Source: an uncultured archaeon
GTDB taxonomy: Archaea; Asgardarchaeota; Lokiarchaeia; Sigyniarchaeales; SOKP01
DNA: 46,337 bases
Reading direction: 5' to 3'
Assembly: GCA_964632315.1 (NCBI GenBank)
Contig: CAZWEM010000039.1
Span: 1 to 46,337 of the forward strand
The position numbers were made by a program, and so were the translations under genes. Below the pieces are notes generated by a model. The model was not told the DNA's origin, made no database searches, and saw only the letters and a program-made list of their open reading frames with translations. This document shows, piece after piece, positions 37,791-46,337 of the stretch (positions within the stretch are counted from its first letter, which is position 1; every line of letters begins with the position of its first letter).

Positions 37791-39407
37791 ATTTCTATTC
37801 CAGCATCTATTAGAGAGGGCCCTAGAACAACAAATACATTAGTAAAGAAAAGATACTTTGTAATATATTTAACGATAATGGTGTTAGGAGCTCTGCCTTC
37901 AATATTTTGGTTTTGGTTAACTTGGCAGATTTATCCTGATAAAAACCTCACTTTCTATTTTGTTTTTCCCTTCTTTTTTATCATTGGAGTATTAATATTA
38001 ATTCTTGGTTCAACAATAATTGCTAAAATATTTCTAATGATTGCTAATCTTTTTCACAGACCAAAAGAAGGAGTTTTTGATAGAAAAAAAAATGATAAAG
38101 ATTATTGCTATTGGAGTCTTCGAGCTGTTATACGTAAATGGCCAATCTGGTTAGCTAGGCAATTATCACTACCTTTTGTCGAGAAACTAATTGTAAATAT
38201 CTTAGGAATCAAAATAAAGTATTCAAGTGCAATTCATGATGGTTGGGTTGATTGTGAATTTATCGAGATAGGTAAGAATGTCAAGATAGGTCAAGGTACC
38301 CTCATAATGTCAAACATTTTAGTTCAAAATAAATTGATCATAAAAAAAGTAATAATCAATGATTCTGTCATTATTGGTTCCCATTGTGCTATATCACCGG
38401 GAACAATTATCGAATCTGGAGTCGTCATGCATTCCAATACGATGACTTTAGTAAATCAACACTTAGAAAAAGATTCTTTATATCGAGGAGGACCAGCAAA
38501 AAGGTATGGTTCTAATGATGAGATCACTGATGAAAAAGAAATTAGAGATGCAATTACATCCATAAAACCAGAAAAAAAAATTGATAACGAATCTTTTCTA
38601 AGAGCTCATACAAAGGAGCTTTCCGTTCCTTTTCAATTTTACATAATCAGCGGGATAGTAATTGTCGGATTTTCCTTTGTTGGACCGGCACTTCTATTTT
38701 ATCCATTTTTCTTTGGTCTTATTATTCCTTTTATTTTTAATAATCCATTTAATCTAACGATTTTATCAGATTGGACATTCTATTTTAAAATATTGCTAAT
38801 TCCTATCGGTTTTATCATTATTTATCTTGTACACTTATTCTTTATTGTTTTATTTACTCGATTCTTTTATCGCTTAGCGGATAAAAGAGGTCCAGAACAG
38901 GGGATATTTGATCGAGATATGGAAATCTCTTCAACAAAACTAGATTACTATCATTTTGGCTCATTCCTTATGAAATATCCTATTTTTGCGGTATCAAGAT
39001 CTCCATTCCCTTGGTTATTGAATTGGGAGTTAAACTTCATAAATTCTAACAAGATAGAAAAAGGAACTGTTTTAGAAGAAACTTTCATACATAGCCATGT
39101 TAATTTTGGAAAAAATTCCTATTTAGGAACTACCTCCCATATTACGAATCATCTTGTTGATGGAGTTTATGGTCAAGAAAATTTAACATTTGTAGGGGTT
39201 AAAATTGGAGATAATTGCATATTTAATACCCATACTGGGGGATTACCTGGAAGTGAGATTGGAAATAATTCTACTTTTATGCCAGGTGCTACAACTATCA
39301 AGTATGATAAAATTATCGGCAATGGGGTCTATGGGGGATTCCCTGTAAAGAAACTAAGCAAAGAAGAAATTCTTACACTTTTGGGAGGAGAATATGATGG
39401 GAAATGA
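37791..39407 (+). CDS. Membrane protein with two [TM-pair + left-handed beta-helix] units
   Basis: Hexapeptide runs IEIGKNVKIGQG, VIIGSHCAISPG, VKIGDNC. Frame is open from ATT 37791; the first ATG (37878) falls inside the first TM. Confidence 0.75.
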   Translation: MSIPASIREGPRTTNTLVKKRYFVIYLTIMVLGALPSIFWFWLTWQIYPDKNLTFYFVFPFFFIIGVLILILGSTIIAKIFLMIANLFHRPKEGVFDRKKNDKDYCYWSLRAVIRKWPIWLARQLSLPFVEKLIVNILGIKIKYSSAIHDGWVDCEFIEIGKNVKIGQGTLIMSNILVQNKLIIKKVIINDSVIIGSHCAISPGTIIESGVVMHSNTMTLVNQHLEKDSLYRGGPAKRYGSNDEITDEKEIRDAITSIKPEKKIDNESFLRAHTKELSVPFQFYIISGIVIVGFSFVGPALLFYPFFFGLIIPFIFNNPFNLTILSDWTFYFKILLIPIGFIIIYLVHLFFIVLFTRFFYRLADKRGPEQGIFDRDMEISSTKLDYYHFGSFLMKYPIFAVSRSPFPWLLNWELNFINSNKIEKGTVLEETFIHSHVNFGKNSYLGTTSHITNHLVDGVYGQENLTFVGVKIGDNCIFNTHTGGLPGSEIGNNSTFMPGATTIKYDKIIGNGVYGGFPVKKLSKEEILTLLGGEYDGK

Positions 39408-40287
39408 AGACAAGGAACATATGGATGTTAAGAAATTTTCATTATTAGACCTGCCAATTACAACTAGTACTTTTACGTGGTTTCCTGTTGGGTCAATTCT
39501 TTATCTGCTATTGCATGTGTTTTCTTTAATTATGCCAATGGTAATGATTTTCACTTTTTTTGACATCGCAATGGATGGAATGTTAATTCATTGGCGCTTG
39601 AGTTTAGTATGGGCAGATGCGTTAGTATGGTGGGGTACTTATATATTAGGTGCTCTTGCTCTAGGGAAATTATTTTTAATCATATTGAAATTAATTCATG
39701 TTCCCAAAGAAGGGTTGTTTAAGGCAGAAAGAAGTGATAGAGATTATTATTTTTATTGTTTACGAGTAACTGTAAAAAAATTTATTTTTTGGACTTGGAA
39801 TAATTTTTGCTTTCCCTGGGCAACGAATTTTGCTTTTAAACTATGTGATATGAGAGCGGATTTTAAGAGCTCGATGTTTGATGGCTGGACTGATGTTGAA
39901 TTCATTGATTTTGGCAAAAACATGATGATTGGTCAGGGAGCAGTTATTTTGAGCAGTATAATCATTCGAATTGATAATGAGGATTATTTTTTAGTCAAGA
40001 AAGTAATTTTAGGTGATCACTGTGTCTTGGGTGGTCATGCGATCGTGGCACCCGGAACTATCGTTGGGAAAGGAACTACATTAGGTATTTGGAGCGTGAC
40101 TCATATAGGACAAGTTTTAGAGCCAGATTATATCTACATTGGTCAACCTTCGAGGAAATATCAGCCAGCACAGAAAGCACTTGAATTTAGTAGAACCGTG
40201 AGGGATCGAAGAATAGTAGATACCGGAGAAAAAGAGCCATATGATATACCTATATATATTCAAGAGAAGATTAAGAAGGAGAATTGA
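39394..40287 (+). CDS. Membrane protein with one [TM-pair + left-handed beta-helix] unit
   Basis: PKEGLF..DRDYYFY, FGKNMMIGQGA, LGDHCVLGGHAIVAPG, YIGQP; paralogous to the preceding gene and overlapping it. Confidence 0.8.
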   Translation: MMGNEDKEHMDVKKFSLLDLPITTSTFTWFPVGSILYLLLHVFSLIMPMVMIFTFFDIAMDGMLIHWRLSLVWADALVWWGTYILGALALGKLFLIILKLIHVPKEGLFKAERSDRDYYFYCLRVTVKKFIFWTWNNFCFPWATNFAFKLCDMRADFKSSMFDGWTDVEFIDFGKNMMIGQGAVILSSIIIRIDNEDYFLVKKVILGDHCVLGGHAIVAPGTIVGKGTTLGIWSVTHIGQVLEPDYIYIGQPSRKYQPAQKALEFSRTVRDRRIVDTGEKEPYDIPIYIQEKIKKEN

Positions 40288-40975
40288 TTAATTTTTTTTT
40301 TGTATAAAAAATGATTACTCCAATGGAAGCTACACTAACCCCTAAAAAATAATTACCCATTGGTATTATAACAATAATCTTATCCTCATCTAACTCCCAT
40401 CTATAAACTGATTGAGTAAGATTAAATGATTCTATTGTGCTAGAGATGCCCTGTGCATTAATAGTCAATTCTACCGTAGTCCCATTACCATAATCGAAAA
40501 TGATCATATCATCATTTGTTGTATAATTCCAAAAACCAGCTTTTTCAACTGCGTTTCCTATAAGAGTGAGATTAACGGGGGTTGGAGAGAGATAGATGTT
40601 AGCTCTCTGGTAAGCAATAGCGGACCAATTTAAAAATTGTTCAGTTTCATTATATGCGAGATAAAATAAATTATCTTGATTTCGAATCCACTGTCCTTTT
40701 ATAACATCATATTCGTCAATAGAGTAATTTACCATTAAACAATTAATGCTCTCAACTGTTTCATTATAGATTGATTCCACTGTAAACCTAGTCAAATCAT
40801 TAATATTATGTTTCGGACCAGTAGAATTCACACAACGCCAAACAAATGAATCATTTTCCTCAAATGGAAAAGTAGTTTGTCCTATAACAGTCTGCGGTTT
40901 AGCAAGTGGAATAATAAAAAATATTAATAACATAAAAATGAGAACTGGTACCAGAACTTTTTTTTTTTTCTTCAT
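40271..40975 (-). CDS. Secreted/surface protein with a C-terminal IPxG-TM-basic anchor
   Basis: MKKKKK signal peptide, many NxS/T sequons, IIPMGNYFL-TM-KKK. Confidence 0.7.
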   Translation of the reverse strand: MKKKKKVLVPVLIFMLLIFFIIPLAKPQTVIGQTTFPFEENDSFVWRCVNSTGPKHNINDLTRFTVESIYNETVESINCLMVNYSIDEYDVIKGQWIRNQDNLFYLAYNETEQFLNWSAIAYQRANIYLSPTPVNLTLIGNAVEKAGFWNYTTNDDMIIFDYGNGTTVELTINAQGISSTIESFNLTQSVYRWELDEDKIIVIIPMGNYFLGVSVASIGVIIFYTKKKLINSPS

Positions 40976-41178
40976 TATTACCAGAATTAATGGGATGTTA
41001 TTTCAGATAGTGATCTTAAATCGAATTCTTTAATTTAGTGATATATAATATGATTTGCCTAAATATAAGTTTAAACGATGAAAAAAAATAGAATCTGCAA
41101 TAAAGAAATACATTTAAAATAATCAAGGTAGAAATGTATTTTAATATAATATCTTAAAAAAAACGAAGGTACACAATA

Positions 41179-42573
41179 ATGGAAAAAACTCCAACATTTT
41201 CAACAGGACAAAGATTAAATTGGGCTATGGCTTCTTTCGGTGGATCATTAATTAATGGAATTTATGGAGCACTTCTCCCCATTTTCTATATTGATTATTT
41301 AGGATTAGTCGAAAACGCAGAAATAATTTACGCAATACAAGTTGTTTACGTGTTTGTCAATGCTTTAAACGATCCTATCTTTGGATTCATTTCAGATAGA
41401 ACAAGATCTAAACGGGGCCGAAGAATCCCCTACATGCGTTTAGCTGCACCATTTCTATCATTGAGTTTCATCTTAATTTGGTTTTCACCCAGTGGCAACC
41501 TTGAAATCTTCTGGTGGATGGTCATTATGACGTGTGTTTATGATACTGCATACACCATAATATTTTTGGTATATTCAGCGTTATTACCGGAAATAACAGA
41601 AAATGAACAAGAACGACAGGGAATGAAAATAATGGCTTCTTTTTTTAACTTGATAGGAATGATTCTAGGTTTTATTATTCCAGATATTTTTAGGAACCAG
41701 TCAATGTTTCTGTTACAAATGAGTATGATTGCTGTGGGAATCCTTGGCGGAGCCCTTATAATGTATACTACTTACAAATTCAAGGAAAGGCCAGAATTCA
41801 CCAGAGTAGATGCCCCATTACCTCTTTTTAAAGCAATTGTAGCGACTTTTTCAAGAAAATCTTTTATTGTAATTGTTGCAGCTAATTTCATGGCAATTTT
41901 GATTCAATCATTAATAATTGGTTCGTTATTTTATATTGCAGATTATATTACAATATCAAGTTCACTACCATTACTACTCGGGATCTTCTTACCCTTACTC
42001 TTCGGAATATGGATCGTTCCAAGATTAACAAAAAAATGGGGTGTAGCGCATACAAATCAATATCTATTAGCTTTAGCCGGAATTGGTTTAATTCTCTTGT
42101 TTATATTCACTGATACTATCTTCCCAAGTTTCTTGATATATGTTAGCCTTGTAATTGCTGGGTTTGGGTTCGTAGGACCACTCGTTTTAAATGATATCAT
42201 GTTTTTCCAAGTCACGGATGAAGATGAGTTAAAAACAGGTGTGAGAAGAGAAGCCGCTTTCTTCGGTATAAATGCATTAGTTACCAAACCCGCTCAAAGC
42301 CTTGCAATTGTGATTCCTACAGCCTTACTAGCTATGTCCGGATTTATCCCTCGATCAGGAAATCCTCCTGTTCCACATTTACCACAACCAGTAGAAGCGA
42401 TACTTGCGATAAGATTATTCATCGGACTCATCCCTGGTATAGCTTTGATTATAGCTTCAATTATCCTCATATGGTATCCATTAAAAGGAGAACATTGGGC
42501 AGAAATTCAACAAAAAATCTTAATATTACATGAAGAGAAAGCTCAAAAACTTAAGGATCTGCAAAGATCCTAG
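41179..42573 (+). CDS. MFS transporter, GPH/MelB-like family
   Basis: NALNDPIFGFISDRT..RGRRIPY, ALLPEIT, DEDELKTGVRRE. Confidence 0.92.
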   Translation: MEKTPTFSTGQRLNWAMASFGGSLINGIYGALLPIFYIDYLGLVENAEIIYAIQVVYVFVNALNDPIFGFISDRTRSKRGRRIPYMRLAAPFLSLSFILIWFSPSGNLEIFWWMVIMTCVYDTAYTIIFLVYSALLPEITENEQERQGMKIMASFFNLIGMILGFIIPDIFRNQSMFLLQMSMIAVGILGGALIMYTTYKFKERPEFTRVDAPLPLFKAIVATFSRKSFIVIVAANFMAILIQSLIIGSLFYIADYITISSSLPLLLGIFLPLLFGIWIVPRLTKKWGVAHTNQYLLALAGIGLILLFIFTDTIFPSFLIYVSLVIAGFGFVGPLVLNDIMFFQVTDEDELKTGVRREAAFFGINALVTKPAQSLAIVIPTALLAMSGFIPRSGNPPVPHLPQPVEAILAIRLFIGLIPGIALIIASIILIWYPLKGEHWAEIQQKILILHEEKAQKLKDLQRS

Positions 42574-42678
42574 ATTTTTTTTTAATTTTATACTTACTAA
42601 ATCTCATTAATATTCTAGACATAATTTATTAATAATTACTTTCATTCCTAAGAATCACAAACGTTAAATGTGTATTAT

Positions 42679-43425
42679 ATGTATGAAATTGTCTTATTGC
42701 GTCATGGTGAGTCAATTTGGAATAAAGAAAATAGATTCACTGGTTGGACTGATGTTGATTTAACTCCGAAAGGTATGGACGAGGCAAAAGGTGCGGGACA
42801 ACTTCTGAAAAAGCAAGGTTATGCCTTCGATATTGCGTACACATCTGTTCTTAAACGTGGGATAAGAACGCTTTGGATTGTTTTAGATGAAATGGATCTA
42901 ATGTGGATACCTGTTTACCGTCATTGGCGATTGAATGAAAGACATTATGGAAATTTACAAGGATTATATAAACATAAATTAGCAGAAGAGATTGGTGAAG
43001 AACAAGTCCATATCTGGAGAAGAAGCTATAATGTGCCTCCACCACCGTTAAAAACCTCTGACCCTCGTTATCCGGGTAATGATCCTCGATATAAAGATCT
43101 TACACCTGAAGAATTACCTTTAACAGAATGTTTAAAAGATACTGTTGAACGATTTTTACCATATTGGCATGATACCATCTCACCTACAATAAAAGCAGGA
43201 AAAAGAGTAATTATATCAGCTCATGGTAATAGTCTTAGGGCATTAGTAAAATATTTAGATAATATCCCAGAAAATGAAATAGTTGATCTAAACATCCCTA
43301 CTGGAATTCCACTAGTCTATGAATTAGATGATGATCTGAAACCTATCAAAAGTTATTATTTAGGAGATCCAGAAGAAATTGAAAAAGCGACTCAAGCTGT
43401 TGCAGATCAAGGAAAAGCTCAATAG
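42679..43425 (+). CDS. gpmA: 2,3-bisphosphoglycerate-dependent phosphoglycerate mutase
   Basis: [46 protein letters not shown]. Confidence 0.97.
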   Translation: MYEIVLLRHGESIWNKENRFTGWTDVDLTPKGMDEAKGAGQLLKKQGYAFDIAYTSVLKRGIRTLWIVLDEMDLMWIPVYRHWRLNERHYGNLQGLYKHKLAEEIGEEQVHIWRRSYNVPPPPLKTSDPRYPGNDPRYKDLTPEELPLTECLKDTVERFLPYWHDTISPTIKAGKRVIISAHGNSLRALVKYLDNIPENEIVDLNIPTGIPLVYELDDDLKPIKSYYLGDPEEIEKATQAVADQGKAQ

Positions 43426-44232
43426 ATGAAAAATGAAATTACCATGCCAAAGAATTTAATTATCGATAATCCAGTCGTTTCAAATGTCGTTTTTTATCCT
43501 AGAAAAACACCAATTCCTAAAAAGTTACCTGAAAATATTAAAATCTTAAAGCTAAGGATTGGGAAGAACATCACAATAGGGGGTATTTTTTGCGTTAATG
43601 ATCCTTCCCTTCCAACAGTTCTCTTATTTCACGGTAATGGTGAAGTTGCGTTAGATTATCTACATTTTACTAATTTTTTCTTTAAATGTAATGTTAATTT
43701 AGCGGTTGTTGATTTTAGAGGGTATGGATTCAGCACGGGAGAACCTTATTATACTAGTCTGTTAACGGATGCTTTACCTATTTATAATGCGGTAAAAGAC
43801 TGGATGTCGAAAAATAATTATAATATTTCTATTTTTGTAGAAGGGCGTTCTTTGGGAAGTGCTTGTGCTTCAGAAATTGGTGCTAATAATCCCCCTACTC
43901 TTAAAGGAGTTATTTTTGAAAGCGGTTTTGCAAGCATTTTTAACATGATGACAAGGTTATTTCGCGTAAGTAGTCCAGATTTAACTCCGAAAATAGTGAG
44001 TCAATATTCCAATGATATTAGAATCCAAAAATTTATGAATCCTGTATTAATCATTCATGGAACTTCAGATTGGATAATCCCAATCTCAGAAGCAGAATTA
44101 ATATATAATAACTTACCCAAATCCATCGATAAAACTTTTATAAAGCTTCAAGGGGCAGGACATAATGATATATTTAACTATATAAATGATTTTGCTCAAG
44201 CTATGAAAGATTTCATACTGAAATATCGATAA
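43426..44232 (+). CDS. Alpha/beta hydrolase (BEM46/ABHD13/17-like)
   Basis: FHGNGE, DFRGYG, GRSLGS, IHGTSD, GAGHND; start may be ATG 43444. Confidence 0.88.
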   Translation: MKNEITMPKNLIIDNPVVSNVVFYPRKTPIPKKLPENIKILKLRIGKNITIGGIFCVNDPSLPTVLLFHGNGEVALDYLHFTNFFFKCNVNLAVVDFRGYGFSTGEPYYTSLLTDALPIYNAVKDWMSKNNYNISIFVEGRSLGSACASEIGANNPPTLKGVIFESGFASIFNMMTRLFRVSSPDLTPKIVSQYSNDIRIQKFMNPVLIIHGTSDWIIPISEAELIYNNLPKSIDKTFIKLQGAGHNDIFNYINDFAQAMKDFILKYR

Positions 44233-44340
44233 TTAAATGTAGTAAAATATTCTTGAAGGAAAGTTTTATATAATACTAGTTGATTAGCATACTTTAAACA
44301 ATTTTAATAAATTGTTGGAAATAATTTGGTGAAATCTAAC

Positions 44341-44727
44341 ATGAACGAAAAAATAGTTAAATGGTTGAAATTGACGTTCTTGATCCATTTTTTTGTTGGA
44401 ATACTCTTTGGAATAATTTACATGATTTTCCCCGATTTCTTTTTTATTATAATAGGATGGACTTATAATGACCCAGTAATAACAAGAGTTTTGGGAGCGG
44501 CAATGATAGGATTTGCGATGAGTTCATTGTTAGCATGGAGAGAAACTGATTGGCTAAAAGTTAAAATTATAGTGCAAATGGAAATGGTATGGCTCGCGCT
44601 TGGAACTATAATGCTTTTTATTAGTGCTTTTAGTTATTACACCCCAATCTTTATATGGGTTGTAATAGCCATATTTTTGGCTTTTCTGATCGCTTTTGCT
44701 TATTTTTATTATTTACAAGAAAAATAA
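44341..44727 (+). CDS. 4-TM membrane protein
   Basis: Hydrophobic, DPVITRVLGA; ATG 44341 after GGTGA. Confidence 0.7.
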   Translation: MNEKIVKWLKLTFLIHFFVGILFGIIYMIFPDFFFIIIGWTYNDPVITRVLGAAMIGFAMSSLLAWRETDWLKVKIIVQMEMVWLALGTIMLFISAFSYYTPIFIWVVIAIFLAFLIAFAYFYYLQEK

Positions 44728-44848
44728 CGAATTTGAATTAAATTCCTATTTTTTTCAATTTCAATAATAATAAATGGTCTATGGATCCTTTTTTTAAGAA
44801 AGATGATTGATATTATTAAAAAAAGAAATATGAAGAGTTGAAATTAAA

Positions 44849-45394
44849 TTGCCTTTAGGTTTTTGCCCTAAGTGTAATGAGGAAGTTCTTTTAAAGAGAA
44901 ATGATATTGATATTTGTTTATTAATCCTCTTGACAATATTTACTGCCGGTATAGGAACGATTATCTATCTAATCATTTATTATAGTGATGTACCTAAACG
45001 ATGTATTAAATGTAATAGTATATGTCTTCCAATTTCTTTACAAAACAGACAAAAGACAGTGAATACTGATGGTGAAAATTTTAAATCAAAAAGTATCTCA
45101 TATAAAATTATTAACTATTGCCCTACTTGTGGTTCCAAAGTCGGAAACATAAGAAATAAACCGAATTTTTGTCCATTTTGTGGAAATAAATTAAAAGTAA
45201 GAGAAAAAGATTTATTAAAAGTCATAGATTGTGCGGTATGCCACCAAAAGGTAAATGAAAATCAAGAATCAATTACATGTTCTTTTTGTGGGACAATCTT
45301 CCATTATAACTGTGTCTCTAATTGGCTTTTGCAACATAATGCATGTCCATTATGCCAAAATCGTTTTATAATTCCTCAAAAAGGTCAATCTTAA
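44849..45394 (+). CDS. LITAF-like Zn/membrane domain, zinc ribbon and C4HC3 RING finger (putative E3 ligase)
   Basis: CPKC-hydrophobic-RCIKC; CPTC..CPFC; CAVC-x12-CSFC-x4-HYNC..W....CPLC. Confidence 0.75.
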   Translation: MPLGFCPKCNEEVLLKRNDIDICLLILLTIFTAGIGTIIYLIIYYSDVPKRCIKCNSICLPISLQNRQKTVNTDGENFKSKSISYKIINYCPTCGSKVGNIRNKPNFCPFCGNKLKVREKDLLKVIDCAVCHQKVNENQESITCSFCGTIFHYNCVSNWLLQHNACPLCQNRFIIPQKGQS

Positions 45395-45458
45395 ATGTTA
45401 TTCAATGAGATTAATTTAAACCGCTTTTAATTAATCGGTTTGGAGAGATTTGGATTAT

Positions 45459-46337
45459 TTAAACTAATTGACCCTTCGCAATAAGTATAACTTTTCCCCC
45501 TACTGAAACAAAAAATTTTCCAGATTTCTCTTCTGCTTTTAGCATGAGTACTGAAGGTCTACCAATCTCAATTCCTTGTTCAACGCGAATTTCTATCATT
45601 TTGTTGGCAAAATAGTCATGTTTTACTAAATAGGCAGCTAAACAACCATTTGCAGAACCTGTTGCTGGATCTTCTGGAACTCCAAGATAGCCTGCAAAAA
45701 ATCTGACGTGTAAGTCATTCTTTTTATTTATTGTTTCTGGACAGAAAACTAAAATCGTTTTTGCTTGTGTATTTTTGATAAGTTCTCTATACTTAGCATC
45801 ATTTATTCTGATTTTTTGTATAGCTTTTAAACTTTTTAAAGGTACTATTATCGTGGGAACCCCTGTCGAAACTTCTTGGATTTTAAATCTCCCATCGATA
45901 TCATCTTCATCGATATTTAGAACTTCGGCTAGGATTTCAGCAGTGAAAAAGCCTGAGAATGTAGGTTCTTTATGTTCCATCCAGATCTCGCTGATCTCAT
46001 CTCCTTTATATTTGAATAAGACAGCTATTTTTCCAACTTTCATGTTTAGAGCTATTGTTTTAACTTTTTCTTTGATAAATTCTGTTTTGAGAATATAGGC
46101 AGCACCTATAGTTGGATGACCAGCAAATGGAATCTCTGCTAGAGGTGTAAATATTCTCACATCATAATTTTCTATTGAAATGATAAAAACCGTTTCAGAA
46201 AAGTTCATTTCTTTTGCGATGGCTTGCATCTTATCTTTAGATAAATTCTTACCACTTAAAACCACTGCTAATTGATTTCCCTCATACTTTCCCTCAGCAA
46301 ATACATCCACGATGTAATAAGGATAAACTTCGGCTTG
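45459..46337 (-). CDS. PhzF-family epimerase/isomerase; start lies outside the window
   Basis: VDVFA....GNQLAV, EMNFSETVF, EIPFAGHPT, EDPATGSA; frame stays open to the window end (QAEVYPYYI). Confidence 0.93.
   Translation of the reverse strand, partial: QAEVYPYYIVDVFAEGKYEGNQLAVVLSGKNLSKDKMQAIAKEMNFSETVFIISIENYDVRIFTPLAEIPFAGHPTIGAAYILKTEFIKEKVKTIALNMKVGKIAVLFKYKGDEISEIWMEHKEPTFSGFFTAEILAEVLNIDEDDIDGRFKIQEVSTGVPTIIVPLKSLKAIQKIRINDAKYRELIKNTQAKTILVFCPETINKKNDLHVRFFAGYLGVPEDPATGSANGCLAAYLVKHDYFANKMIEIRVEQGIEIGRPSVLMLKAEEKSGKFFVSVGGKVILIAKGQLV

Noticed and set aside
1308-46098. Many short ORFs antisense to or nested in real genes (e.g. 1308-1628, 3856-4212, 10292-10627, 13893-14288, 14510-14956, 27988-28278, 45775-46098)
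   Set aside because: Shadow frames without motifs. Similarity between some of them only mirrors the paralogous sense genes.

Overview
AT-rich archaeal DNA, very probably from an Asgard archaeon (Lokiarchaeia/Promethearchaeota-like). The assignment rests on GGTGA/GGAGG ribosome-binding sites, TATA/BRE promoters, frequent TTG starts and several eukaryotic-signature-type genes (gelsolin-domain, longin-like, ubiquitin-like and RING proteins). The main feature is a 12-gene minus-strand cluster (2148-12015): tusA-dsrE-dsrF-dsrH-dsrE2-hdrC-hdrB-hdrA-mvhD-mvhG*-frhB::gltD-tusA. It places a sulfur-carrier relay beside a methanogen-type HdrABC-MvhD. There is no [NiFe] large subunit: the MvhG-like protein carries what looks like a nickel-less, rearranged large-subunit remnant, and the likely electron-input protein is an FpoF/FrhB-like protein with a GltD/NfnB-like flavoenzyme inserted into it. 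A second hdrCBA-polyferredoxin operon (24586-28841) and a duplicate tusA-dsrE2 cassette (18533-19185, apparent ATA start) lie nearby. Each hdr operon has a divergent, paralogous Lrp/AsnC regulator, and the first has a 31-bp-phased candidate operator array. The rest is housekeeping or accessory genes, three pseudogene remnants and a Pls-like membrane/beta-helix gene pair. I found no rRNA, tRNA, CRISPR array or transposase. All assignments come from recognising motifs by eye, with no database searches.
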